From an uncultured Bifidobacteriaceae bacterium (GTDB taxonomy: Bacteria > Actinomycetota > Actinomycetes > S36-B12), in NCBI GenBank assembly GCA_964626275.1, contig CAZVCZ010000001.1:14200-65748 (forward strand): DNA of 51,549 nt, read 5' to 3'. Positions 11,511 through 20,296 of this stretch are shown here, in pieces. Made by a program: the position numbers and the translations under genes. The notes below the pieces were generated by a model. That model made no database searches, was not told the DNA's origin, and saw only the letters and a list, made by a program, of their open reading frames with translations. Position 1 is the first letter of the stretch; the number at the start of each line of letters is the position of its first letter.

Positions 11511-12098
11511 ATGACCGACGCGCCTACCCTTCGGCTGCAACTGCGCTCCGATATCGAACGAAGCGGTTACTACCCGGACCTTGTGGCCGATGCCTTGGAT
11601 ACGGCCCTGGTCGGGGAGCCCCTGGTGTCCTATGTGGTCCACCATGAGGCCGCCTTCGATCGGGACCAGCTGCGACGACACGTCACGGTCCTGGCGCTGA
11701 CGCCCACCCGGCTGATCGTCGGTCACACAGACGATCACGGCCCTGATGACTCCTGTCCCGAGCCCTACGCATCGGCGTCGACGGAGGCGGTACGGCTCGA
11801 GCGCGTGGATTCCGTCGTGGTCACCAGGGTCGTCACCCACCCGGCACGCCACAAGCCTGGTGGATCCACACGGGAATTGCTCATCACGATCGGGTGGGGT
11901 GCGGTGAGTCGCATCGATCTCGAACCGGCCGGCTGTTCGGACCCTGCCTGCGAGGCCGATCACGGCTACACGGGTGCCGCGAGCAATGACGACCTTTCCC
12001 TGCGGGTCTCCGAGGCAGCGGACGGTCCCGAGGTGGTGGCTCAGGCGCTCACCTTCGCCGCCGCCCTGTCCGAGGCGACGGCTGCCCGGCTGCGATAG
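11511..12098 (+). CDS. Conserved actinobacterial hypothetical protein (DUF5998-like)
   Basis: 195-aa ORF beginning 'LRSDIERSGYYPDLVADALD...TVLALTPTRLIVGHTDDH'. Its TAG stop (12096-12098) overlaps the GTG of the next gene by 1 nt. Confidence 0.7.
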   Translation: MTDAPTLRLQLRSDIERSGYYPDLVADALDTALVGEPLVSYVVHHEAAFDRDQLRRHVTVLALTPTRLIVGHTDDHGPDDSCPEPYASASTEAVRLERVDSVVVTRVVTHPARHKPGGSTRELLITIGWGAVSRIDLEPAGCSDPACEADHGYTGAASNDDLSLRVSEAADGPEVVAQALTFAAALSEATAARLR

Positions 12099-13225
12099 TG
12101 ACCGATCCCCGACGACTCGACACCGGCCCTCAGTTGGCCGATGTCCTGCCGTCGGTCGCTGGAGCCCTGGGAATGCCCGGGGCCTGGGACCCTCTCGATA
12201 TCGGAGATCGATGGCGGCACATCGTGGTTCTGCTCGTCGATGGCCTTGGAATGGACGCTTTGCATCGCCACAGCGATCTCGCTCCCACCCTGCTGTCGGG
12301 ACGGGTGGAACGTATCGATGCCCCCGTCCCGACGACCACTCCGACAGGGCTGGGAAGTTTCGGCACTGGCACATCCCCTGGCGTGCATGGTCTCGTCGGG
12401 GCCTCATTCCGGATCGAGGGACATCACGGTCTGCTGCATCCGTTGACCTGGAAGGACTCTCCGTCCCCGCGTGTGGTGTCTCCGGGGCAGACGATGTTCG
12501 AGCGCATGGATCGCCACGGGATCGCGGTGTCGACAATCGCGCCTCGGCATTACGCGAACTCCGGTCTCACCCGCGCAGCCCTTCGTGGTGGCATCTATCG
12601 CGGAGCCGACGGGGTGGGGGAGAGATTGGGGGAGTTGACCTGGCAACGTCACGAACCACGCAAAGCATTGACCTACGTCTATTGGCCGGATCTGGATAGG
12701 ACGGGCCATGGCCACGGTGTCGACTCCGTCCACTGGAGGGCCGAATTGCAGCACGTGGATGACATGACCCGACGGATCGTCGAGGGATTAGGTGATGATG
12801 AGCTGCTGCTGGTGACCGCTGATCACGGAATGGTCGACGTTCCGGATGAACGACGAGTCGATATCGACGATGTGCGAAGTTTGCGGCGTGGCGTCGTTCA
12901 GATCGGCGGAGAACCACGGTGCCGCTATGTGTACTGTCGCCCCGGACACGCCGAGGAGGTCGCCGAGACGTGGGGCAGGGAACTGGGGGATCGAGCAACG
13001 GTGATGACGCGAGAGGACGCCGTGGCTTCGGAATTCTTCGGCGATGTGGAGGAACACCATCTGTCTCGTATCGGTGACGTCATCGCCTGGGCTGAAGATG
13101 ACTGGGCGATGACATCCCGCCAGATCGACGAGCGCGTGTCGAACCTGATCGGACAGCATGGCTCGACGTCCGCCGCCGAGCGAGGGATCCCTCTGCTTCG
13201 GATCTCTGGAGGTGCCTGTGGCTGA
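12098..13225 (+). CDS. Alkaline-phosphatase-superfamily nucleotide pyrophosphatase/phosphodiesterase
   Basis: Metal-site motifs 'VVLLVDGLGMDAL', 'TTTPTGL' and 'LVTADHGMVD' are present. The gene is translationally coupled to the genes on both sides. Confidence 0.8.
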   Translation: MTDPRRLDTGPQLADVLPSVAGALGMPGAWDPLDIGDRWRHIVVLLVDGLGMDALHRHSDLAPTLLSGRVERIDAPVPTTTPTGLGSFGTGTSPGVHGLVGASFRIEGHHGLLHPLTWKDSPSPRVVSPGQTMFERMDRHGIAVSTIAPRHYANSGLTRAALRGGIYRGADGVGERLGELTWQRHEPRKALTYVYWPDLDRTGHGHGVDSVHWRAELQHVDDMTRRIVEGLGDDELLLVTADHGMVDVPDERRVDIDDVRSLRRGVVQIGGEPRCRYVYCRPGHAEEVAETWGRELGDRATVMTREDAVASEFFGDVEEHHLSRIGDVIAWAEDDWAMTSRQIDERVSNLIGQHGSTSAAERGIPLLRISGGACG

Positions 13226-13871
13226 GTTGGTGTTCTTCTCGGGGACGATGGACTGCGGAAAGTCCACGCTCGCTCTGCAAACGGACCACAACCATGCCAG
13301 TCGTGGACGTGCCGGTGCGGTATTCACACAGCACGACAGAGCCGGCGCGGCAACCATTTCGAGCCGGCTGGGACTTCAGTCCGACGCCTATGAGGTCCAC
13401 GCAGATTGGGACTTCCACGACTTCGTCGTCACGGAACTGTCAGCTGGCCGTCGACTGGACTACCTCATCTGCGACGAGGCTCAGTTCTACAGTTCCGAGC
13501 AGATCGACCAGTTGGCCGTGATCGTCGACACGCTCGATATCGACGTCTTCGCCTTCGGGATCCTCACGGACTTTCGGACCAGGTTATTTCCGGGATCGGC
13601 ACGCCTGATCGAATTGGCCGATCGGGTCGAGGTGCTCCAGGTGGCATCGCTGTGCTGGTGTGGTCGGCGTGGCACTCACAACGCCCGAACTGTGGACGGT
13701 GTCGTCGTCATGGAAGGTGATCAGGTGGTCGTGGGTGACATTGGCGCCGGCGATGTGAGCTACGAGGTTCTGTGTCGTGACCACCATCGCCGAGGCGTTA
13801 CCGCCGCTCACTCCATGGCCGAACACCAATCGCGGGAACCTTTGCCGTTCCGCGATGACGATGCGCTATAA
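13218..13871 (+). CDS. tdk: Thymidine kinase
   Basis: It has the P-loop 'FFSGTMDCGKSTL' and a C-terminal zinc ribbon 'CWCGRRGTHNAR...YEVLCRDHH'. The GTG at 13218 overlaps the upstream stop (13223-13225) by 8 nt. The track ORF start at 13158 lies inside the upstream gene. Confidence 0.9.
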   Translation: MAELVFFSGTMDCGKSTLALQTDHNHASRGRAGAVFTQHDRAGAATISSRLGLQSDAYEVHADWDFHDFVVTELSAGRRLDYLICDEAQFYSSEQIDQLAVIVDTLDIDVFAFGILTDFRTRLFPGSARLIELADRVEVLQVASLCWCGRRGTHNARTVDGVVVMEGDQVVVGDIGAGDVSYEVLCRDHHRRGVTAAHSMAEHQSREPLPFRDDDAL

Positions 13872-13906
13872 CGATGCGCGATGACGATGATGGCGCGATG
13901 TGAGGC

Positions 13907-14779
13907 CTAGCCCTCCGAGCTGTCCCCTTCGGCCTGGGAGCCGAACAGAATCTCGTCCCAGGTGGGAACGCTAGCCCGCTTTCCCTTGCGGGTGCGTGGG
14001 GGAGCCGAGACAGGCGCTCCCTTGGGCTCGGCATCAAGCGCGTCGGTGCTGGACGGGGACGATGATGACGCCTCCACGGATGCGGACACATCAGAGTCGA
14101 CCTGGACCTCTGGAATGACCTCCGCTTCAGTCGAGGTGCGCCGGGACGTGGTCGCCTTACGTCGCCGAGGTGAGGGGGCTCCCGCGGAGTCCACAGGCTG
14201 GAGGTGACCCTCCGCCTTCGGACCGGCAAGGATGCCCTGGGCCACGGCATCATCGGCCTCCACCCGGGAATCGTGGGGATCGAAGGTCCACGTGGCTACC
14301 TGATCGACTGCGCCCGCAGGGGTGGCTGTCAGCACCTGCCAGCGACCGTCCTCTCTAAGCCAGGCATCCCAGCGCACGGATTCGGGAGCAACTCCGGCGG
14401 CTTCAGCGGCACTGAGAACGGTCGTCTCCAGGCTCCGGTCACCGAGATGCGAGGAAACCGTGGCGGACTTGGCCTGGTCGGCAGCGAAGGCACGGTCGGC
14501 GAGGGGAGGTCCGGAGAAGCGCTCGATGCGATCCTCATCGATGCCCAATTCATCGGCGAGCCCGGACACCGAAGCCCCCGCGCGCAGGCGGGCCTGGATC
14601 TCTCGTGGCGTGAGGTTGTCGTTCAGCGTGATCTCCCGTTGGCCGGTGAGGGGACCGTCGAGGCGCATTGCGGCGAGCAGACGCGTGTCGACGGTCAGGG
14701 TGTGGTTCCTGCCCCGTGAGTCTGCCAGTCGAAGCTGTAATCCGTCCTCCGACAAGCCGAGGAAGCGCAATTCTGCCAT
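13907..14779 (-). CDS. sepH: Septation protein SepH (DUF3071 family)
   Basis: The N-terminus 'MAELRFLGLSEDGLQLRLADSRG...LTPREIQARLRAGASVSGLADELGIDEDRIERF' matches the SepH/DUF3071 helix-turn-helix region. The C-terminal tail is Arg/Lys-rich. I place the start at the ATG at 14779 rather than the track start at 14872. Confidence 0.75.
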   Translation of the reverse strand: MAELRFLGLSEDGLQLRLADSRGRNHTLTVDTRLLAAMRLDGPLTGQREITLNDNLTPREIQARLRAGASVSGLADELGIDEDRIERFSGPPLADRAFAADQAKSATVSSHLGDRSLETTVLSAAEAAGVAPESVRWDAWLREDGRWQVLTATPAGAVDQVATWTFDPHDSRVEADDAVAQGILAGPKAEGHLQPVDSAGAPSPRRRKATTSRRTSTEAEVIPEVQVDSDVSASVEASSSSPSSTDALDAEPKGAPVSAPPRTRKGKRASVPTWDEILFGSQAEGDSSEG

Positions 14780-14848
14780 CGCTGCCCCCTCGGGTCGGGT
14801 CATCGGTGAGGTCGCTTCCGAGGGCTCATTGTGGTGCATCGTGAAGAC

Positions 14849-14872
14849 GTGCCACACCCTGGGGTGGGGCAC
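14849..14872 (-). terminator. Near-perfect 24-bp palindrome / GC-rich hairpin 17 nt downstream of the MFS stop codon (candidate terminator without a U-tract, or a sepH 5' element)
   Basis: The sequence is GTGCCACACCC-TG-GGGTGGGGCAC, with 11-nt arms and one mismatch. No T-run follows on the transcribed strand. Confidence 0.3.
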
Positions 14873-14888
14873 CCGCGCAGGGTCATGG

Positions 14889-16097
14889 TCATGATCGGTG
14901 GTTGGCGGCGCGGGTCAGGGTGCCCCGTGCGCTGAACGCCAGGAGGGCCGTGACCAGGCCTGCCGAGGCTGTCAGTGCGTACCCGGCTGAGACGCCTGAG
15001 GCATCGACGAGTGAGCCGGCGAACGCCGCCGACATCGCCACACCGACGCCCAGACCGGTGGTGTTCACCCAGGCCAGGGCCTCGGTCAACTGCCCGGGCG
15101 CCGAGACGGCTTCCACCAGTTGATTGGTGAGGATCAGGACGGGAGCGACGATGAACCCGGCGAACACGGCGATGATGGACAACCCGACGATGCTGCTGAT
15201 GAAGGGGAACGGGAGAGTGGCGAGGGCGAGGAGGGCTGCGGCAATGACCAGGGTTCGAATCGGGCGGTCATCTCCGTAGCCTCGAGCACCGAAGAGGACG
15301 CCCCCCACCAGTGAACCGAAGGCGTAGAGAGCGAGGATCACGCCCGCGGCGCCGGGCTGACCAGCAGCAGCAGCGGCGGCTACCGTCACGATTTCCAGGG
15401 AACCGAACACCGAGCCCAGGGCGATCATGATGAAGGTCAGGACGATCAACGCCGGACTCTTGATCGCGCTGGGTTGGCCCGTGTCCTGCGGATGAGCCGG
15501 CGGCTCGCTTCGTCGTTGGCTCACCAGGAGCAGGGAACCGGCGAACACCAGCAGGGTGGCCGCGATCAGCGGTGCGGCAGGCGCGACGAGGAGGGCGAGG
15601 ATCGTCGCAAGTGGGGGACCGGTGACGAAGATGACCTCGTCGAGGATGCTCTCCCATGCGAAGGCGGTCTGCAGACCCTCCCGGCCGCGGAGCGAGTGCA
15701 CCCATCGAGCTCGGACTAAGGACCCGCTGGCCGGCTGGGTTGCGCCTGCCAATGCGGCGGTCAGGATGAGTGCGACCAGCGGCCATTGATCGCCCACTCC
15801 GACCACGAACAGCACCAGGCTCGGCACATGAACGGCGAGGATGATCATGACCACGAGCCGCTGCCCCCACCGATCCACATATCGGGCACCGAGTGGAGTG
15901 AAGAAGGCCGACGCGATGACATAGGAGGCGGTGAGGATTCCCGCCCGGCCGTATGCACCGTCTTGCGCGCTCACGAGCAGGACGATGCCCAGGCCGATCA
16001 TCGAGATCGGTAGTCGAGCGATCAGTGCCGCCAGGCTGAACCCGAGCGCCCCCGGGGTTCTCAGCACCCTGACGAAGGGTCTCGCGAGCGCCTTCAC
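14889..16097 (-). CDS. MFS transporter
   Basis: 402 aa and about 12 hydrophobic segments. The N-terminus 'FRALRTPGALGFSLAALIARLPISM' is typical of actinobacterial MFS proteins. Confidence 0.85.
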   Translation of the reverse strand: MKALARPFVRVLRTPGALGFSLAALIARLPISMIGLGIVLLVSAQDGAYGRAGILTASYVIASAFFTPLGARYVDRWGQRLVVMIILAVHVPSLVLFVVGVGDQWPLVALILTAALAGATQPASGSLVRARWVHSLRGREGLQTAFAWESILDEVIFVTGPPLATILALLVAPAAPLIAATLLVFAGSLLLVSQRRSEPPAHPQDTGQPSAIKSPALIVLTFIMIALGSVFGSLEIVTVAAAAAAGQPGAAGVILALYAFGSLVGGVLFGARGYGDDRPIRTLVIAAALLALATLPFPFISSIVGLSIIAVFAGFIVAPVLILTNQLVEAVSAPGQLTEALAWVNTTGLGVGVAMSAAFAGSLVDASGVSAGYALTASAGLVTALLAFSARGTLTRAANHRS

Positions 16098-16179
16098 TCA
16101 CTTCTCCTCGTCGGTGTGGTCGATGCCGCCGTGAGCCGGCGACTCCGACTGCGCGCGAGGCTCGTGGGAGGCTGTTCAG

Positions 16180-17022
16180 ATGCCGGACACGCCATCAGCG
16201 GAACTGCAGCATATCGCTGCAGACATCGCCCGTCGGGTGGGCTCCTTCCTGATGCGGGACCGACCCCGTGAACTTTCCACTAGTACCAAATCCTCTGATA
16301 CGGACGTTGTGACGGAGATGGATGCGGCAGCGGAGCGCATGATCACCGAATACCTGCGCGATCGTCGACCAGGTGACGGGTTGCTCGGCGAGGAGGGGGC
16401 ACGTGCGACCTCCACCACGGGGGTCTCCTGGGTCATCGACCCCATCGATGGAACGACGAACTATCTCTATCGGTTGCCGATGTGGACGGTGAGCATCGCA
16501 GCGAGTCAGGCCGGCCGCGTGGTCGCGGGAGTCGTCTACGCCCCGCAACTGGACACGTTGTTCGCTGCCATCAGAGGGGGCGGCGCCTGGCGCACCACCC
16601 TCGACGGTACGGTCCCGCTGCACTGTTCGGGGCAGAGCGATCTCGGCTCTGCGCTCATCGCCACCGGTTTCGGCTACACCGTCGAGCGTCGCCGTCGCCA
16701 GGGAAACCTCGTCGCTGGATTGCTGCCTCGGATCCGCGATATTCGCCGCGGTGGTGCCGCTTCGCTCGACCTGTGCTGGGTGGCGCAGGGGCTCACCGAC
16801 GGCTACTACGAAGAGGGTCTGCGGCCCTGGGACATCGCGGCGGGAGCACTGATCGCAGAGGAGGCGGGAGCTCGAGTCGTCATGCTGGATGAGCGAGCCT
16901 GGGAGCCTCTGGACGACAGCGGTGGCGAATCGGACACTCTCGTAGCCAGCGCGCCGGGCATCAGTGGGGCACTCCGCGAGGAACTGCGACGACTCGCACA
17001 GGGAGGTCCTGAGAAGCCCTAG
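16180..17022 (+). CDS. suhB: Inositol monophosphatase family protein (SuhB/ImpA; could be a histidinol-phosphatase type)
   Basis: IMPase motifs 'WVIDPIDGTTNY' and 'GAASLDLCWVAQG' are present, along with 'EEG' metal ligands. Confidence 0.85.
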   Translation: MPDTPSAELQHIAADIARRVGSFLMRDRPRELSTSTKSSDTDVVTEMDAAAERMITEYLRDRRPGDGLLGEEGARATSTTGVSWVIDPIDGTTNYLYRLPMWTVSIAASQAGRVVAGVVYAPQLDTLFAAIRGGGAWRTTLDGTVPLHCSGQSDLGSALIATGFGYTVERRRRQGNLVAGLLPRIRDIRRGGAASLDLCWVAQGLTDGYYEEGLRPWDIAAGALIAEEAGARVVMLDERAWEPLDDSGGESDTLVASAPGISGALREELRRLAQGGPEKP

Positions 17023-17537
17023 TCCAGGCGGCGTAGATCCTGGCGATACCAGTGGGAGTTGCGGACGTAGATCCCCACGGCGGAGGCGATCATCTCCGGA
17101 TCCGGAGGCGTGGCCACGATCCGAGCAGGCACCCCACGAGCCTGCTGAGAAGCCGGAACCTCGAGTCCCGGAGGAACGAGCGCCTGGGCCGCGACGAGGG
17201 CGCCCGGCCCGACCGTGGCGCCCTGCAGCACCACCGATCCGGAGCCGATGAGGCTGTCGGAGTGGACAGTGCACCCCTCGAGGTGAACTCGATGACCAAT
17301 GACGCAGCGGTCATGGATCACGGTGTTCCATGTTGCGGTGCAGTGGATGATCGTGCCGTCCTGGATCGACGTCTGGGAGCCGACGATGATGCTGCCGTGA
17401 TCGCCCCGGAGCACCGCTCCCGGCCACACTGAAGACTCGGGTCCGACCGTCACGTCCCCGATGATCACCGCGTCGGGGTGAATGAACGCTGTCGGGTCGA
17501 TCGTCGGCTCACGATCCGATATTGCATACAGCGGCAT
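17019..17537 (-). CDS. Gamma-class carbonic anhydrase / hexapeptide-repeat (LbH) family protein
   Basis: 'IDPTAFIHPDAVIIGDVTVGPESSVWPGAVLRGD' is followed by further hexapeptide repeats. 172 aa. Confidence 0.85.
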   Translation of the reverse strand: MPLYAISDREPTIDPTAFIHPDAVIIGDVTVGPESSVWPGAVLRGDHGSIIVGSQTSIQDGTIIHCTATWNTVIHDRCVIGHRVHLEGCTVHSDSLIGSGSVVLQGATVGPGALVAAQALVPPGLEVPASQQARGVPARIVATPPDPEMIASAVGIYVRNSHWYRQDLRRLD

Positions 17538-17602
17538 GGCAATCCTCGTCTGCTGTCGAAGAGTCGGAAGTCAGGACCGACCGATCATGGCACGGCCCAT
17601 CT

Positions 17603-17634
17603 CCCGAGCCTGATCGGACTCTGACGGGCTCGGG
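17603..17634. other. Stem-loop CCCGAGCC(16 nt)GGCTCGGG inside the largest intergenic gap of the window (17538-17766)
   Basis: A perfect 8-bp GC-rich inverted repeat read from the sequence. Function unknown. Confidence 0.2.
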
Positions 17635-17766
17635 CGAACCTGGATGCGCCGTGTCAGCTTTCGTGAGGCACAATGATCGCCCGTCGGGGGGTTCTGCGTG
17701 GATGGGCATCCGCTCAGGACCCGCGGCGGACCCAACGCGACGAGATGGAGAGTGGACGCATAAGCC

Positions 17767-18063
17767 ATGGCCACCGACTACGACGCACCACGCAAGACCG
17801 ACGACGAACTCGCCGAGGAGAGCCTCGAGGAGCTCAAGGCGCGCCGTGTGGACAAGGCTGCCTCGACGGTGGATGTCGATGAGGCGGAACTTGCCGAGAA
17901 CCTCGAGTTGCCGGGAGCGGATCTCTCCGATGAGAGCCTCACGGTGCGAGTCCTCCCACGCCAGGCAGATGAGTTCACCTGCTCGTCCTGCTTCCTCGTC
18001 CACCACCGCAGCCAGCTGGACCACGAGGGCAAGAATGGACCCGTCTGCACCGACTGCGCCTAG
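17767..18063 (+). CDS. DUF4193-family protein (acidic N-terminus, C-terminal CxxC...CxxC zinc ribbon)
   Basis: The protein begins 'MATDYDAPRK...' and ends 'FTCSSCFLVHHRSQL...GPVCTDCA'. Confidence 0.8.
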   Translation: MATDYDAPRKTDDELAEESLEELKARRVDKAASTVDVDEAELAENLELPGADLSDESLTVRVLPRQADEFTCSSCFLVHHRSQLDHEGKNGPVCTDCA

Positions 18064-18108
18064 CGCACCGGCTCGGATCTCCCCAGGTGTGCAGGCGCAC
18101 GCGGGGGC

Positions 18109-18417
18109 TTAACCCTTCGGCTCCAGGATCCGACGAGACACCCGCTGCACGACGAGTTCGAGGACAGCACCCGTCGTCGCGGAGAACAGGGTCCAGACCA
18201 GGGCCCTGCCGAACGGAACGCTCGGGTCCTCGGCACGTGGAGGCTGATGCCCGGTGATGCCCCGGTAGACCGCATTCAGCACCGGCCGCGCGGCCATGCT
18301 CACGCCCATCGCGGCGATGCCTGCGACGGCACCCACGAGGAGGCTGCCCTCCTCGGACGTGGTGTCGGTCTCGGTCTCCGCGCCCTCGGCGATGCTGTCG
18401 ATGTCGGATGTGCTCAT
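18109..18417 (-). CDS. DUF4235-like small membrane protein
   Basis: 102 aa, containing 'LLVGAVAGIAAMGVSMAARPVLNAVYRGITG' and a second hydrophobic helix. Confidence 0.65.
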   Translation of the reverse strand: MSTSDIDSIAEGAETETDTTSEEGSLLVGAVAGIAAMGVSMAARPVLNAVYRGITGHQPPRAEDPSVPFGRALVWTLFSATTGAVLELVVQRVSRRILEPKG

Positions 18418-18481
18418 AGGTGCTCCCTTGGCTCAAGGCAGGTGTGGCGTCGGTCGGGACGCATCGTCGTCGAGAACGACG

Positions 18482-18934
18482 CTATCGCACGGCAGGGTCC
18501 TGCAGACCCAAAGCATCGAGGACGTCGAACGGATGACGGCTGGAGATCAGCCAGGCGCTGTGCGGGTCGGCGGGATCGTCCACTTCGATGAGGACGGACT
18601 GATCGGTGGACCACATGCGAACCAACGTGAATAGATCAGCCGGCCCCTGGCGCAGAGCACGTCGCGTCTGCTCTCCATCGAGGGAGGTACCCCGGGTGAG
18701 GACATCTCGCGGGATTCGAGCCCGTCCTGCTCGCAGGGTGTCCTCGGTGACCTCGATCAGTGGCGTCGTCGCGATCATCCCGATCAGGGCGAGGGTGAGT
18801 GCCACGACCCAGACCGCACCACCGATGAGCAGCCCATACGCGGCGCCGTAGGCGATCGCGAGCACGGTGGGCAGCGACAGGGCGCCGACCCATGCCCAGG
18901 CCCCAGGCCACAGCCGCTCGCGATACATGACCAC
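18482..18934 (-). CDS. DUF3093-like membrane protein
   Basis: 'YRERLWPGAWAWVGAL' is followed by two transmembrane helices and a soluble C-terminal domain. The gene is divergent from dut. Confidence 0.7.
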   Translation of the reverse strand: MVMYRERLWPGAWAWVGALSLPTVLAIAYGAAYGLLIGGAVWVVALTLALIGMIATTPLIEVTEDTLRAGRARIPRDVLTRGTSLDGEQTRRALRQGPADLFTLVRMWSTDQSVLIEVDDPADPHSAWLISSRHPFDVLDALGLQDPAVR

Positions 18935-19045
18935 AGCCTGTCAGGGGATGACACGCTACCCACGGGGTAGGGTCTCGAAGGGTGCTGAGTACGAGTCGCC
19001 GGGTGTGTCTACACCAGGTTCGGCAGATGAGGCGGAGGTGAATGG

Positions 19046-19510
19046 GTGGCCCTATCCGATCGGGTCGATGTCCTCATCGAGGTCCTCGACCCCGACCTGG
19101 GAGTGCCGCGTATCGCACACCCCGGTGACGCGGCTGTGGACCTGCGATCTCGAGAGGACCTCGACCTCGCACCGGGCGAGCGTGGCGCGGTGGGCACCGG
19201 AATCGCGATCGCCCTGCCCGCCGGTTTCGCCGCGTTCATCCACCCCCGTAGTGGCCTGGCGTTGAACCACGGCCTGACGATGGTGAATGCTCCCGGGACC
19301 ATCGACGCTGCCTATCGGGGGGAGATCAGGGTGATCCTGCTCAATACCGACCAGACGGCACCGATCCGAATCTCCCGGGGCGATCGGATCGCGCAGATGG
19401 TGATCCAGCGTGTCGTCGAGCCGATCTTCCACGAGGTGCGCACGCTGCCCGGAAGCCATCGGGGTGATGGTGGCTTCGGGTCGACAGGTGTCGCGACGAG
19501 TGCAGAGTAG
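19046..19510 (+). CDS. dut: dUTP diphosphatase
   Basis: dUTPase motifs 'AHPGDAAVDL', 'IHPRSGLA', 'GTIDAAYRGEI', 'RIAQMV' and 'RGDGGFGSTG' are present. A GGAGG RBS lies upstream of the GTG at 19046. Confidence 0.95.
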   Translation: MALSDRVDVLIEVLDPDLGVPRIAHPGDAAVDLRSREDLDLAPGERGAVGTGIAIALPAGFAAFIHPRSGLALNHGLTMVNAPGTIDAAYRGEIRVILLNTDQTAPIRISRGDRIAQMVIQRVVEPIFHEVRTLPGSHRGDGGFGSTGVATSAE

Positions 19511-19606
19511 GTGCGCTGCGGCACCGGCTGAGACACCGGGAGAGGCGGAGAGGCAGAATCGGGTTGGCGTCGTCACACCGTTGACGGCCGAGAAGGGTGA
19601 GAGATC

Positions 19607-20290
19607 GTGATCTTCCGCAAGAGGCAATCCGGTGACGACGCCGGCCCCGAACTCGTTGCCGAGGAGGCCATCGAGGCCAACAGCGACGGGGACGCAGCCG
19701 TCCTCGAGGCATCGGCGACCGAGGCATCATCGGCTCGTGCTGGCGGCCCCTGGGACAGGTCGGAGGTGGAAGACGTCGAGGATCGGATCGACCTCGGCGC
19801 TCTGCTGGTGGCGGGTGTGCCTGGTCTGAGCATGCAGGTGCAGGTGGACGAGAATACGCAGCGCGTCACGATGGTCACGCTCATCCTCGAGGATGCAGCG
19901 GTGCAGATTCAGGCCTTCGCCGCTCCTCGCTCGGCAGGCATCTGGGAGGACGTGCGACGCCAAATCTCCGGATCGATTTCGGGTAGCGGTGGACTGGTAG
20001 AGACCGCGGAGGGGCCCTTCGGTCTGGAATTGCGTGCACGCGTCCCGGGGCCTGACAAGAAGCTCCAACCGGCGCGATTCGTTGGCGTCGACGGACCTCG
20101 CTGGTTCCTGCGCGGACTCTTCCTCGGTAGTGCGGCGAGCCCGGATGGTCACGCGGGTCTCACCGACGTCTTCGCGAACATCGTCGTGGATCGCGGTTCA
20201 GAGGCCATGCCGTCGGGCGAACCCCTACCGTTACATCTTCCACCTCAGGACCCACCCGCCGATTCGGCGGAGGCCGATCCGGCGACCTGA
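19607..20290 (+). CDS. DUF3710-family protein
   Basis: 'GPWDRSEV...IDLGALLV...IQAFAAPRSAGIWEDVR...FVGVDGPRWFLRG' matches the remembered DUF3710 consensus. Confidence 0.75.
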   Translation: MIFRKRQSGDDAGPELVAEEAIEANSDGDAAVLEASATEASSARAGGPWDRSEVEDVEDRIDLGALLVAGVPGLSMQVQVDENTQRVTMVTLILEDAAVQIQAFAAPRSAGIWEDVRRQISGSISGSGGLVETAEGPFGLELRARVPGPDKKLQPARFVGVDGPRWFLRGLFLGSAASPDGHAGLTDVFANIVVDRGSEAMPSGEPLPLHLPPQDPPADSAEADPAT

Positions 20291-20296
20291 TGTCGG

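Noticed and set aside
11487-12536. 349-aa minus-strand ORF across the DUF5998 and phosphodiesterase genes
   Set aside because: It is a shadow frame with an Arg/Pro/Gly-rich, low-complexity product. The plus-strand genes have family motifs and translational coupling.
13851-13889. 13-nt direct repeat CGCGATGACGATG (13851-13863 and 13877-13889) straddling the tdk stop codon
   Set aside because: It looks like a small local slippage duplication in the 35-nt convergent gap. It has no hairpin potential or recognisable function and is too short to interpret.
16195-17274. 359-aa minus-strand ORF overlapping suhB and part of the gamma-CA gene
   Set aside because: It is antisense to the IMPase motifs and out of frame with the real hexapeptide-repeat gene. 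Its composition is typical of GC-rich non-coding frames.
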